From: an uncultured Thermodesulfobacteriota bacterium
Lineage (GTDB): Bacteria > Desulfobacterota > RBG-13-43-22
Assembly (NCBI GenBank): GCA_964627515.1
Contig: CAZVHO010000006.1
Span: forward strand, 9,043-73,042
Direction of reading: 5' to 3'
Length of the DNA stretch: 64,000 nt
Part shown: in pieces, positions 38,318 to 46,889 of the stretch
How the letters are laid out: each line of letters opens with the position of its first letter
How positions within the stretch are numbered: position 1 is the stretch's first letter
Notes under the pieces: model-generated
Database searches by the model: none
Told to the model about the DNA's origin: nothing
The model's input: only the letters and a program-made list of their open reading frames with translations
Program-made: the position numbers and the translations under genes

Positions 38318-38332
38318 GCAATCCTTATGCCA
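38318..38332 (-). promoter_or_regulatory. Canonical sigma-54 promoter upstream of motA
   Basis: The minus strand reads TGGCATAAGGATTGC (TGGCAT-N5-TTGC) with exact spacing, 61-75 nt upstream of the motA ATG. Confidence 0.55.
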
Positions 38333-38513
38333 AGATAGTCCTATGAAAGCTTTCAGCGATCGGGGATCAGCTTTCAGGAAAAACACTTAATAAAAGCCAG
38401 CTATAGAATAATTATCTGCGGGTATCGGCAATAATCTGCGTCCAAATTTAAACCGATTTGAAGCGGAAAGGCCCAGGGAAAAGACGGAAAAATTTTCCCC
38501 ATCAGGAAAAAAT

Positions 38514-38804
38514 TTAGGGGGGGTTGTGGCCGGTTGAGTCCAGGACTTTGTTGTTCATTTTATAAATGAAGACCAGGATCTCGGCTACTGCTTTGTAGAG
38601 GGCAGGCGGGATCTCCTCATAAAGATCCAGAGTGGAAAGAATTTCCAGCAAATGAGGATCTTCCTTTAACGGGATATTATGTTCTTTGGCGGTTTGAATG
38701 ATTTTTTCAGCCAGCCAGCCGCTCCCTTTGGCTACGAGACGTGGGGCGGCGTCTTTTTCGCGTCGATATTGTAAGGCGGCGGCTTTTTTGGTATCGTTAT
38801 TCAT
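38514..38804 (-). CDS. Free-standing FlhB C-terminal-domain-like protein (YlqH/FhlB-domain type)
   Basis: 96 aa. AAALQYRREKDAAPRLVAKGSGWLAEKIIQTAKEHNIPLKEDPHLLEIL..IPPALYKAVAEILVFIYKM aligns by eye with the FlhB post-cleavage segment LAIALRYLEKEMGAPKVVAKGADLVAQRIKELGRKSGIPIVEDKPLARVL..IPPDLYKAVAKIIAHIYKM. There is no NPxH site and no TM domain. Confidence 0.8.
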   Translation of the reverse strand: MNNDTKKAAALQYRREKDAAPRLVAKGSGWLAEKIIQTAKEHNIPLKEDPHLLEILSTLDLYEEIPPALYKAVAEILVFIYKMNNKVLDSTGHNPP

Positions 38805-38833
38805 CGGCCTGTAAAACTCTAATGCCTCCTGGA

Positions 38834-39080
38834 GGCACCATGAATCATGAAAATAGACCAGTCAAGGGCTTATTTAGGCACGGGTCAGGCACAAAGCCTG
38901 ACACACGGATTAACCATTTAGTTTCTCAAGAAAAGGGGTTTCCCTTTTCTTGAGACAAGCTTCCGCCGAAGGGCGGATGTTGGTCATCCCTCAATCCAGA
39001 CTTACCGGGATTGAGGGATACCCCATTGCTTTAACCGTGTAATCCGTGAAATCCGTGCCAAAAATTTATTTTCGCACTAA
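38834..39080 (-). repeat. Composite element copy E3 with four inserted perfect hairpins
   Basis: On the minus strand the spacer reads, in order: box TTAGTGCGAAAATAA (39080-39066, overlapping the upstream stop); heptamers CACGGAT-type (39059-39035); a 12-bp stem (38986-38997/39008-39019); a 5-bp stem (38964-38976); a 14-bp stem (38924-38937/38942-38955); a 7-bp stem (38884-38901); and the core CTATTTTCATGATTCATGGTGCC (38856-38834). Confidence 0.6.
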
Positions 39081-40405
39081 ACCCTGATGCTCACAATCGT
39101 CTCATCCGTCTCGATTCGGTTGATGGGGTCCTCCATCTCTTCCGATTCCCTGAGGAAAGTATAGTTTTTCAGGTTCAATCCGGCCCGATTAAAATTTTCC
39201 TTTAACTCTCCAAGACAGGAATGAATTATGGTATTCAGTCCGGGGTGCCTTACCTTAAAGGTCAGGGAAAAATCCCTGTCCTGCATAAAGATGAAGGCCG
39301 AAACCGGTCCCAGTTTTTCCAGTTCAAGATGAATGCCACAGGAATAAGAGGTCCCTCCTGACAGGGCCGTTCTCCTTTTAAAAATTAATTCTCCCCTTTT
39401 TAATTCGGCCCATTGAACCGGCAAAAAGGTATAAAAAGAGTCAGATATTTTTGAAAGGAGTTGGAAGGTCTCAATATCTTTTAAGAGGGTTTCTACCCCT
39501 CCTAAGGTCTTCTCATAGGGATGGACTGTTCCCTGTCGGCCTCTTTCCGCCTCCCCCACGGTTTTTTGTTCAAGAATTTCTTGAAGTTGTAATAAAAACC
39601 CTTTAATATCTTTATTTATTTTATTTTCAATTTGAAAAACATCTTTTTCCCCAAGGGCGCCGGATTTGGCCATGGCCTTCAATTTGGCTTCCAAAACAAT
39701 CCCGGAATTTTCTAAGGTATTTTTGAGTTGTCCGAAAGCCAGACCATCCATAGAGACCAGTAATTTTTCCTGAAGGTTTTGTAATAAAGGGGGGCTGCTT
39801 ATTTCTTCCTGAACCTGGTGGAATAATTGGGTTAACTTTTCCGCCACATCCAGACCCGGCCCTTTCAAAGAGGTCTGCAGAACTTGTTGAATTTCATCCC
39901 GCAGGCTTTTCGGAAGCACCTTGATATCCGAAGGCAGGGTCTTGAAAAGAGATCCTAAAAGGTCCCTTTGCTTCCCGGCGGGAACGGATTCGGGAGGTTG
40001 ACCCCCCTCAGCCCTGGCGTTGAACAAGTTGATGATTCTATCCGCTGCCTTCCTGGTTAGATCTTCTATTCTTTCATTCTCAACACCCGGAAATGATCTG
40101 GACCGTATTTCTTCTCCCGCCCCGGTTTTATTATCCAGTAATTGAAGTCTTAACTCGCCGGCTGCCCCTTTCCAGTCTAAGACCTTTAAAGAAAGGGTAT
40201 CATTTTTTTCAAAGGCCAAATTCGTACGGGCAGGTAAATAGCCGCCTTTAACCTTAAGGGTAAGACCTCCGGACGGGAAAAGATCGACCACCAGGGCCTC
40301 GATGATCTCACCTATTCGAAGAGGGATCTCTCTTCCAACAGGTTTTATGAGGGTAAGTATTGGTCCGGCCGATGGAGTTTCCTGAATACGAATCATTCCA
40401 ACCAT
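39077..40405 (-). CDS. FliK-like protein (second hook-length-control paralog; C-terminal Flg_hook-like domain)
   Basis: 442 aa. The C-terminal IHLELEKLGPVSAFIFMQDRDFSLTFKVRHPGLNTIIHSCLGELKENFNRAGLNLKNYTF follows the same pattern as the FliK C-domain at 10392-12167. It is paired with the FlhB-CTD-like gene. Assignment is by pattern, not by search. Confidence 0.5.
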   Translation of the reverse strand: MVGMIRIQETPSAGPILTLIKPVGREIPLRIGEIIEALVVDLFPSGGLTLKVKGGYLPARTNLAFEKNDTLSLKVLDWKGAAGELRLQLLDNKTGAGEEIRSRSFPGVENERIEDLTRKAADRIINLFNARAEGGQPPESVPAGKQRDLLGSLFKTLPSDIKVLPKSLRDEIQQVLQTSLKGPGLDVAEKLTQLFHQVQEEISSPPLLQNLQEKLLVSMDGLAFGQLKNTLENSGIVLEAKLKAMAKSGALGEKDVFQIENKINKDIKGFLLQLQEILEQKTVGEAERGRQGTVHPYEKTLGGVETLLKDIETFQLLSKISDSFYTFLPVQWAELKRGELIFKRRTALSGGTSYSCGIHLELEKLGPVSAFIFMQDRDFSLTFKVRHPGLNTIIHSCLGELKENFNRAGLNLKNYTFLRESEEMEDPINRIETDETIVSIRV

Positions 40406-40655
40406 TCCCCTGAAGGATCGTCATTAATCTGCCACTTCTAATTTATCGGTATAAAAAGGATAAAACTGAAACTTCAATTTTTTCTTGCCTTTATTTCTCT
40501 CAACATGGTATCCTTTCCCAAGGTGAGCAAGGACTATAGATCCAAATACCGGGTTTGAGACTAAGCCCCGGGGCGTCTGGAAAATCCTGTTTATCGGGAG
40601 CGCCGTCTCAATTATAGCATTGCTCGCCATTTCTATTTTTTAAGGAGGCATAAGA

Positions 40656-41144
40656 ATGGCCAATCGTCAATCCGTCATTCAAACCAATAAGGGGACCATC
40701 CGCTTAGAGTTGTTGGAAGCCGATGCACCGAAGACCACTGAAAATTTTATCAAACTGGCTGAAAAAGGCTATTATGACGGGGTCATCTTCCACCGGGTCA
40801 TCAATGGATTTATGATTCAGGGGGGGGATCCCACCGGTACAGGTCGCGGAGGCCAGTCGGCCTGGGGGGGCCGCTTTAATGATGAGGTCAATCCGGCCTC
40901 GGACCTTTACCGTCAGGGCTACCGGGCCGGAACCGTGGCCATGGCCAATGCCGGACCCAATACCAATGGGTCCCAGTTTTTTATCATGCATGTGGATTAT
41001 GCCCTGCCCCCGAACTATTCCATTTTCGGGCGGGTCATAGAAGGCCAGGATGTGGTCAACGCCATTGCCTCCAGTCCAACCGATTCCCATGATCGCCCTC
41101 TTTCCCAGGCGATCATGGAAAAAGTAATTATCGAACAGCAATAA
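40656..41144 (+). CDS. ppiB: Cyclophilin-type peptidyl-prolyl cis-trans isomerase
   Basis: 162 aa with [15 protein letters not shown] and [29 protein letters not shown]. Confidence 0.95.
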   Translation: MANRQSVIQTNKGTIRLELLEADAPKTTENFIKLAEKGYYDGVIFHRVINGFMIQGGDPTGTGRGGQSAWGGRFNDEVNPASDLYRQGYRAGTVAMANAGPNTNGSQFFIMHVDYALPPNYSIFGRVIEGQDVVNAIASSPTDSHDRPLSQAIMEKVIIEQQ

Positions 41145-41145
41145 T

Positions 41146-42933
41146 ATGCCTACACGTCAAGACCTGCGCAATTTGGCCATTATCGCCCATGTTGACCATG
41201 GCAAGACTACCCTGGTGGACGCCATGCTCTGGCAGAGCGGTGTCTTCAGGGAAAACCAGCAAGTGGTCGAGCGGGTCATGGACAGCATGGACCTGGAACG
41301 GGAAAAGGGCATTACCATCATGGCCAAGAATACGGCCATCGTCTATAAAGGGGTCAAGATCAATATCGTCGATACCCCTGGCCATGCCGATTTCGGCGGA
41401 GAAGTGGAACGGACTCTAAATATGGTGGACGGGGTCATGCTTTTGGTGGATGCCACCGAAGGCCCCTTACCTCAAACACGATTCGTCCTGGGCAAGGCCC
41501 TGGAGCGCCGGCTCCCTCCCATCGTGGTGATCAATAAAATTGACCGTCCGGACCGCCGGATCAAGGAAGTCCTGGATGAGGTCTACGATCTTTTTATCGA
41601 CCTGGAGGCTACTGAAGACCAGCTCGATTTTCCGGTCCTTTACACCAATGCCCGGGCCGGTATCGCCCTGACAGACCCCGAGGGTAAGGGCCAGGGACTC
41701 GCTCCCCTTTTTGATGCCATTTTAGAGGCCATCCCGGCCCCGGCCTGCGACCCGGAAGCCCCTTTGCAGTTCCTGGTGACCAACCTGGATTACAGTGATT
41801 ATGTGGGCCGGATCGCCGTGGGTAAGATCGTCAGCGGTAAGTTAAAACAGAGGCAGGAGGTGGCCCTGCTCAAGGGCGGGGAAATGACCGCCAAGGCCAT
41901 CCTCAGCCAGGTTTATACCTATGAAGGACTCAACCGGGTGGAACGGGATCTCATCGAGGCCGGGGATATCGCTGCCGTGGCCGGTGTGCCCGATGTCTTT
42001 ATCGGCGACACCCTGGGCGATCCCGAAGATCCCCGGCCTTTGCCGAGTATCACCGTGGAAGAGCCGACCCTGTCCATGGTCTTTTCCGTCAACACCTCTC
42101 CTTTGGCTGGCAAGGAAGGCCGGCTCTTGACCTCCCGCCATATCAAGGATAGGCTGGATAAAGAGTTGCTCTATAATGTCAGCATCGGCGTTGAACAGGC
42201 CGAACACCGGGATTCCTTTAAGGTCAGCGCCCGGGGTGAGCTGCAGTTGGCCGTGCTGGTGGAGATGATGCGCCGGGAAGGTTTTGAGATTTCTCTTTCC
42301 AAGCCCAAGATCATCACCCGTGAAATGGACGGCAAGCTCATGGAACCTTTGGAACTGTCAGTAGTGGATATCCCGGAAGGCTACGTCGGGGTGGTCAGCG
42401 AAAAACTCAGCGCCCGGCGGGGAAAAATGACCAAGATGATCAACCACGGCTCCGGCCGGGTGCGGCTGGAATTTGAAATCCCCTCCCGGGGGCTGATCGG
42501 CCTCCGCAGCCAGTTTCTGACCGACACCCGGGGCACCGGGCTTTTCAACACCATGATCATCGGCCACACCCCTCATGCCGGGGCCATCCCGGCCCGGCCC
42601 AATGGGGTCCTGGTTTCCGATAGGCCGGGCAAGGCCGTGGCCTATGCCATTTTTCACCTCCAGCCCAGAGGCATCATCTTTGTCAACCCGGGGGATCCGG
42701 TCTATCCCGGCCTGGTCGTTGGTGAAAATTCCCGTCCGGAAGACCTGTGGGTCAACATCACCAAGGAAAAAAAACTGACCAACATCCGGGCCGCCAATGC
42801 CGATGAAGCCCTGCGTTTAGTGCCCCCCCGTCGTTTTACCCTCGAGCAGGCCATGGAGTACATCAACGACGACGAACAGGTGGAAGTAACCCCCCTCTCC
42901 ATCCGCTTGCGCAAAGCGAAGACCACCCGATAA
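41146..42933 (+). CDS. typA: Translational GTPase TypA/BipA
   Basis: 595 aa with G1 [10 protein letters not shown]3 DTPGHADF and G4 NKID, plus the BipA-type C-terminal domain. Confidence 0.97.
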   Translation: MPTRQDLRNLAIIAHVDHGKTTLVDAMLWQSGVFRENQQVVERVMDSMDLEREKGITIMAKNTAIVYKGVKINIVDTPGHADFGGEVERTLNMVDGVMLLVDATEGPLPQTRFVLGKALERRLPPIVVINKIDRPDRRIKEVLDEVYDLFIDLEATEDQLDFPVLYTNARAGIALTDPEGKGQGLAPLFDAILEAIPAPACDPEAPLQFLVTNLDYSDYVGRIAVGKIVSGKLKQRQEVALLKGGEMTAKAILSQVYTYEGLNRVERDLIEAGDIAAVAGVPDVFIGDTLGDPEDPRPLPSITVEEPTLSMVFSVNTSPLAGKEGRLLTSRHIKDRLDKELLYNVSIGVEQAEHRDSFKVSARGELQLAVLVEMMRREGFEISLSKPKIITREMDGKLMEPLELSVVDIPEGYVGVVSEKLSARRGKMTKMINHGSGRVRLEFEIPSRGLIGLRSQFLTDTRGTGLFNTMIIGHTPHAGAIPARPNGVLVSDRPGKAVAYAIFHLQPRGIIFVNPGDPVYPGLVVGENSRPEDLWVNITKEKKLTNIRAANADEALRLVPPRRFTLEQAMEYINDDEQVEVTPLSIRLRKAKTTR

Positions 42934-43230
42934 AAAAAATCGTAACATTTTAACACTTTGAAAAAAATCTAATTGGTCTAAAAAACGATTTGGTAAATCC
43001 CCCCTGTCCCCTCTTTTTCTAAGGGGGGAACTTATTCCACTGGACTCCTCACTTTGTAAAAGGGAGGTGGGGAGGGATTTTTAAAAGATTTGAAAAAGAA
43101 TGTTGAGTGGGTGTAGTGAAACGGAACCCACCAGCGGGTAGCTCGGGCCAACCTGAATACAAAATAAATTTTCCTTCCTTCGAGTAATCTGTTAAGATGC
43201 CTGCAAATTTGATTTTGGAGGGATCGCTGA

Positions 43231-44346
43231 ATGATCAGCAAAAATCAAGTGATCGAAAAGGCTTATGAATTGGGTTTCGGGGATATCGGTTTTACCACGG
43301 CCGATCCTTTTGAAACTCAAAAAGAAATTCTACGGGAGCGCTACGAGGCCTATGAATGGGCCTTTAAAATGGGGCTGGACCTGATGACCGGCACGGACCC
43401 CAGGAAAATCCTCCCCCAGGCCAAGACCATTATTGTCCTCATGGAAGTCTATTTTCACCAGGCCTTTCCCAAATCCCTGGAACAACATTTCGGTCGCTGT
43501 TATCTGGATGATGACCGGGTTACCAAAGACCGTCTGGCCAAACGGGTCAAGGCTTTTCGTTCCTATCTGACCGAAAACGGAATCGAGTCCAAGGTGCCCT
43601 TTTACCTGCCCCACCGGATCGCAGCGGCCCGGGCCGGCCTGGGGACCTTTGGGAAGAATTGCCTTTTTTATTCCAATAAGGTGGCCGGTCAGGGTTCCTG
43701 GGTCTTACCGATTACTGTGGTGGTGGACCGGGAATTTGCCCCGGATGAGTCTACAATGGAAATCGGCTGCCCGGATTGGTGCCGGAACGCCTGCCTGACC
43801 GCCTGCCCGACCGGTGCCTTGAAAGGCCCCCGTCACATTGATCCCCGGAAATGTATTTCCTTCCTCACCTATTATGGCCAGGGGATTACCCCCCTGGAAC
43901 TGCGGGAACCCATGGGTTTGTGGGTTTACGGCTGTGATCGCTGCCAGAATGTCTGTCCTCGTAACGCCCCCTGGCTGGCCAAAGAACTGCCGATGAATCC
44001 AAATGTCACGCCCATGGTCGATGATTTTAAACTCGCCAGGTTACTGCACATGGACCCCCAACATTTCAACACGCGCATCTTTCCCCACATGTTCTATATG
44101 TCCGAGAAAGATCTCTGGCGCTGGAAGATGAATGTGGCCCGGGCCATGGGAAACACCTTGGACCAACAATATATCCCGGAGCTGGCTAAGGCCTTTCAGG
44201 AAAATGCAGACGAACGGGTCCTGGGCATGATTGCCTGGGCCTTGGGCCGCATCGGCGGCCCGTCGGCTAAAAAGGCCCTGAACGATGCCTTGCCCAAGAG
44301 TGAAGGTCTGGTCCGCCGGGAAATAGAGCTTGCTTTGGGAAAATAA
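43231..44346 (+). CDS. queG: Epoxyqueuosine reductase QueG
   Basis: 371 aa with two 4Fe-4S Cys clusters (CPDWCRNACLTACP, CDRCQNVCP) and a C-terminal HEAT-like repeat (RVLGMIAWALGRIGG). Confidence 0.85.
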   Translation: MISKNQVIEKAYELGFGDIGFTTADPFETQKEILRERYEAYEWAFKMGLDLMTGTDPRKILPQAKTIIVLMEVYFHQAFPKSLEQHFGRCYLDDDRVTKDRLAKRVKAFRSYLTENGIESKVPFYLPHRIAAARAGLGTFGKNCLFYSNKVAGQGSWVLPITVVVDREFAPDESTMEIGCPDWCRNACLTACPTGALKGPRHIDPRKCISFLTYYGQGITPLELREPMGLWVYGCDRCQNVCPRNAPWLAKELPMNPNVTPMVDDFKLARLLHMDPQHFNTRIFPHMFYMSEKDLWRWKMNVARAMGNTLDQQYIPELAKAFQENADERVLGMIAWALGRIGGPSAKKALNDALPKSEGLVRREIELALGK

Positions 44347-44356
44347 GGAGGAACTT

Positions 44357-45061
44357 ATGCCGAAAAAGAAAATCAACACCTTTCCTTCCTGTGCCTCCTG
44401 TGAAACGGCCATCCCCCAAAAAATCTGCTTTTCTTCTAAAGGAATCGGCGCCAAAGGCTGTCCGACCCTGGTGAAGAAAGAGGTGCTACGCGAGGCCAAC
44501 CGGGAATACGAAGACCCTCAAACCAAAGAGTTTGCCCGTCAGGCCTCCATTCAGGAAAGTGAATGTTATGCCAACCGGCATCAACGGCCCTATGTCATGC
44601 AGCCCACCAAGACCCGGATCGTGGAAATCTGCGAATTTGCCCGGAAGATGGGCTACAAGCGCCTGGGGTTGGCCTTTTGTATCGGCCTGGCCCAGGAAGC
44701 AATGACGGTGACGGAAGTCTTTAAGGCTCATGGGTTTGTGATGGTTTCAGTGGCCTGCAAAGCCGGCCGAACTCTCAAAGAAAAAATAGGCATCAAAGAA
44801 GAGGAAAAAATCTATCAGGGCACGGAGGAGGCCATGTGCAACCCCGTCTATCAGGCCAGGCTTCTGAATCAAAGTGCAACGGAATTTAATGTCCTTTTGG
44901 GACTATGCGTCGGCCACGATTCCCTGTTTTTCAAATATGCCCAGGCCCCGACCACTGTCCTGGCCGTCAAGGACCGGGTGACCGGACACAATCCCCTGGC
45001 TGCCATTTATCTGTCGGAATCCTATTACCGGAAGATTTTCGACCCTGTTATCAATAAATAA
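44357..45061 (+). CDS. DUF1847-family Cys-rich metal-binding protein
   Basis: The start was moved to MPKKKINTF (AAGGAGG RBS). N-terminal Cys motif CASCETAIPQKIC..GCP, then LLGLCVGHDSLFFKY. This fits my recollection of DUF1847. Confidence 0.65.
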   Translation: MPKKKINTFPSCASCETAIPQKICFSSKGIGAKGCPTLVKKEVLREANREYEDPQTKEFARQASIQESECYANRHQRPYVMQPTKTRIVEICEFARKMGYKRLGLAFCIGLAQEAMTVTEVFKAHGFVMVSVACKAGRTLKEKIGIKEEEKIYQGTEEAMCNPVYQARLLNQSATEFNVLLGLCVGHDSLFFKYAQAPTTVLAVKDRVTGHNPLAAIYLSESYYRKIFDPVINK

Positions 45062-45104
45062 TGAACAAAGAAATTATCGATTCAATATTAACGGGAGCCA
45101 AATA

Positions 45105-46313
45105 ATGATCAAAAAATGGATTGTTATCGGATTGATCCTTCTATTCGCTGCGGGCCTGGCCCACAGCCGCTCAGGACCCCCCCAAAAAAGCAGGACCCCT
45201 AAAAAAACCGCCTCCCGGACTAAAACAATCAAAGCCGCAGCAGTCCCGGAGACCCCCTATAAAGCCTTTTTGGTCATGGATGCCAGGAACGGCAAAATCA
45301 TCGAAGAAGAAAATAGCCATCTCAAGCGCGCGCCGGCCAGTGTGGTCAAGCTCATGGTGGCTTTTATCGTACTGGAAAAGCTGGCTAAGGAGGAAGTGAA
45401 ATTATCGGATCCCATCCCCGTTTCCAGGGAAGGTTCCAAGATGGGGGGAAGCCAGGTATACCTGAAAGAAGGTGAAAGCTTTACCCTGGAAGAAATGATG
45501 AAAGCCCTCATGGTGGCCTCGGCCAACGATGCCGCCTATGCCATTGCCGAACATCTGGCCGGGTCCAAGGATGCCTTTGTTCAATTGATGAATCAGAAGG
45601 CCACGGCCTTGAATATGGCCGATACGGAGTTCCATTCCGTTCATGGACTCCCGCCCTCCAAAGGGGATTCGGAGGATCTTAGTTCCTGTAACGATTTGGC
45701 CATTCTGGCCCGGGCGCTTTTGAAGTATCCGAAAATTCTGGAATGGACTTCCATCAAAACAGAAGGGTTCAGAAACGGGCAATTAGTCATGAATAATCAC
45801 AACAAACTCCTTTTCAGGATGCCGGAAGTAGACGGGTTGAAGACCGGCTATTACCGTGAAACCGGGTTTAATGTGGTGGTCACGGCGGCTAAATCGGATT
45901 TAAGAATCATCGTTGTGGTCCTGGGAAGCGACAGGGCCAGAACCAGGGACAATATTGCCCTGGAAAAATTAAAAAAGGCCTTCTCCCAATATAAAAAGTT
46001 GGACTTGGTCAAAAAAGGAGCGGTAATCGATAAGGATATCATCCTGCCGGATGGTGAAATCGGAAAGATCAAAGGGGTGGCCGGGGCGAATTTATCCTAT
46101 TCGGTCCCCATTGATAATAAGGGGACCGTCACCAGGGAACCCCTGGTACCGGGGAAGGTACCAGGGGAGATCAAATTGGGTCAGAAACTCGGCGACCTGG
46201 TCATTAAGGTCGATAATGAGGTGGTAGGCAAAGTGGATATTGTTTCCCCTCTGGCGGTGCCTGAAGCCAATCTGCTTAAAAAGCTTGCCCGAAAAATGGG
46301 GATTAACCTTTAA
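45105..46313 (+). CDS. D-alanyl-D-alanine carboxypeptidase (low-MW PBP, S11 family)
   Basis: 402 aa with a signal peptide and the motifs SxxK (ASVVK), SxN (SAND) and KTG (LKTG). Confidence 0.9.
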   Translation: MIKKWIVIGLILLFAAGLAHSRSGPPQKSRTPKKTASRTKTIKAAAVPETPYKAFLVMDARNGKIIEEENSHLKRAPASVVKLMVAFIVLEKLAKEEVKLSDPIPVSREGSKMGGSQVYLKEGESFTLEEMMKALMVASANDAAYAIAEHLAGSKDAFVQLMNQKATALNMADTEFHSVHGLPPSKGDSEDLSSCNDLAILARALLKYPKILEWTSIKTEGFRNGQLVMNNHNKLLFRMPEVDGLKTGYYRETGFNVVVTAAKSDLRIIVVVLGSDRARTRDNIALEKLKKAFSQYKKLDLVKKGAVIDKDIILPDGEIGKIKGVAGANLSYSVPIDNKGTVTREPLVPGKVPGEIKLGQKLGDLVIKVDNEVVGKVDIVSPLAVPEANLLKKLARKMGINL

Positions 46314-46343
46314 TAACGCCTTAAAAATCAACGAAAGTACATT

Positions 46344-46805
46344 TTATTTTTTGTAAATACCGCAGCAGAAAATAAGATCCCCAACTTTTTCACAGTGCAT
46401 GGATTTAGGTTCAATTTTCTTAGATACCGGGTTGGTGAACTTGTAGTCCTGCCAGAATTTCCCCTTGGACTTGGCCAGTTCCACCCTTTCTTTGACAAAA
46501 GGGACCCCGTCGGAATCCTTCATATCGATCAGGTCCTTGCCGACCATCTTGGCATTGGCCCCGTGGGCTACGCACTTTCCATTGATGTCATAAACCGTTA
46601 CATAGAGGTCCCGGTCGGTAAACTGCCCCTGGCGATTGCCGATCTCGGCAAAGGCCTTATCTTTTCCGTTAGCCTTAAAAAAAGCAATCGACTTCTTGAC
46701 CATGGCCTCGGCCTCGGCCGCCGTCCCATGATCTGCGGCATATACGAACCCTCCCATCATAAACCCTAACAGGCCAATCAACATAACCACCAAAACCTTT
46801 TTCAT
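46344..46805 (-). CDS. Stand-alone secreted single-Cache (sCache_2-like) domain protein, paralog of 31285-31737
   Basis: The start was moved to MKKVLVVMLIGLLGFMMGGFVYA (GGAGGAG RBS). It shares KANGKDKA, AHG, GKD, ELAKSKG, DYK.TNPV.KK and the C-terminal DLIFCCGIYK with the other copy. Confidence 0.7.
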   Translation of the reverse strand: MKKVLVVMLIGLLGFMMGGFVYAADHGTAAEAEAMVKKSIAFFKANGKDKAFAEIGNRQGQFTDRDLYVTVYDINGKCVAHGANAKMVGKDLIDMKDSDGVPFVKERVELAKSKGKFWQDYKFTNPVSKKIEPKSMHCEKVGDLIFCCGIYKK

Positions 46806-46862
46806 CTTGTCTCCTCCCCTTATCATTTTTTTTCTATCCGGATTATTTCCGGTCTTAATCAT

Positions 46863-46889
46863 TTATCGGTCTGTCAGTAAAAAACTTTA
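46863..46889 (-). promoter_or_regulatory. Sigma-28 (FliA) promoter upstream of the second Cache gene
   Basis: The minus strand reads TAAAGTTT-N11-ACCGATAA (TAAAGTTTTTTACTGACAGACCGATAA). It overlaps the stop codon of the upstream OYE gene. The -10 lies about 58 nt before ATG 46805. Confidence 0.7.

Noticed and set aside
38422-38450. Sigma-28-like site upstream of motA (TAAA-N17-GCCGATAC)
   Set aside because: The spacer is 2 nt longer than in the three good sites, and the shared TAAAGTTT -35 extension is absent. A canonical sigma-54 site lies closer to motA.
40424-40630. 68-aa minus-strand ORF between the FliK-like gene and the cyclophilin gene
   Set aside because: It would leave only 25 nt for the divergent ppiB promoter and RBS, and no room for the FliK-like gene's own promoter. 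It has no recognisable motif. Possibly real, but unsupported.
43032-43241. 69-aa minus-strand ORF in the typA-queG spacer
   Set aside because: It covers an imperfect palindromic C-rich/G-rich repeat (AAATCCCCCC...GGGAGGGATTT) that more likely acts as a terminator or repeat. The translation includes the proline-rich stretch FKNPSPPPFYK.
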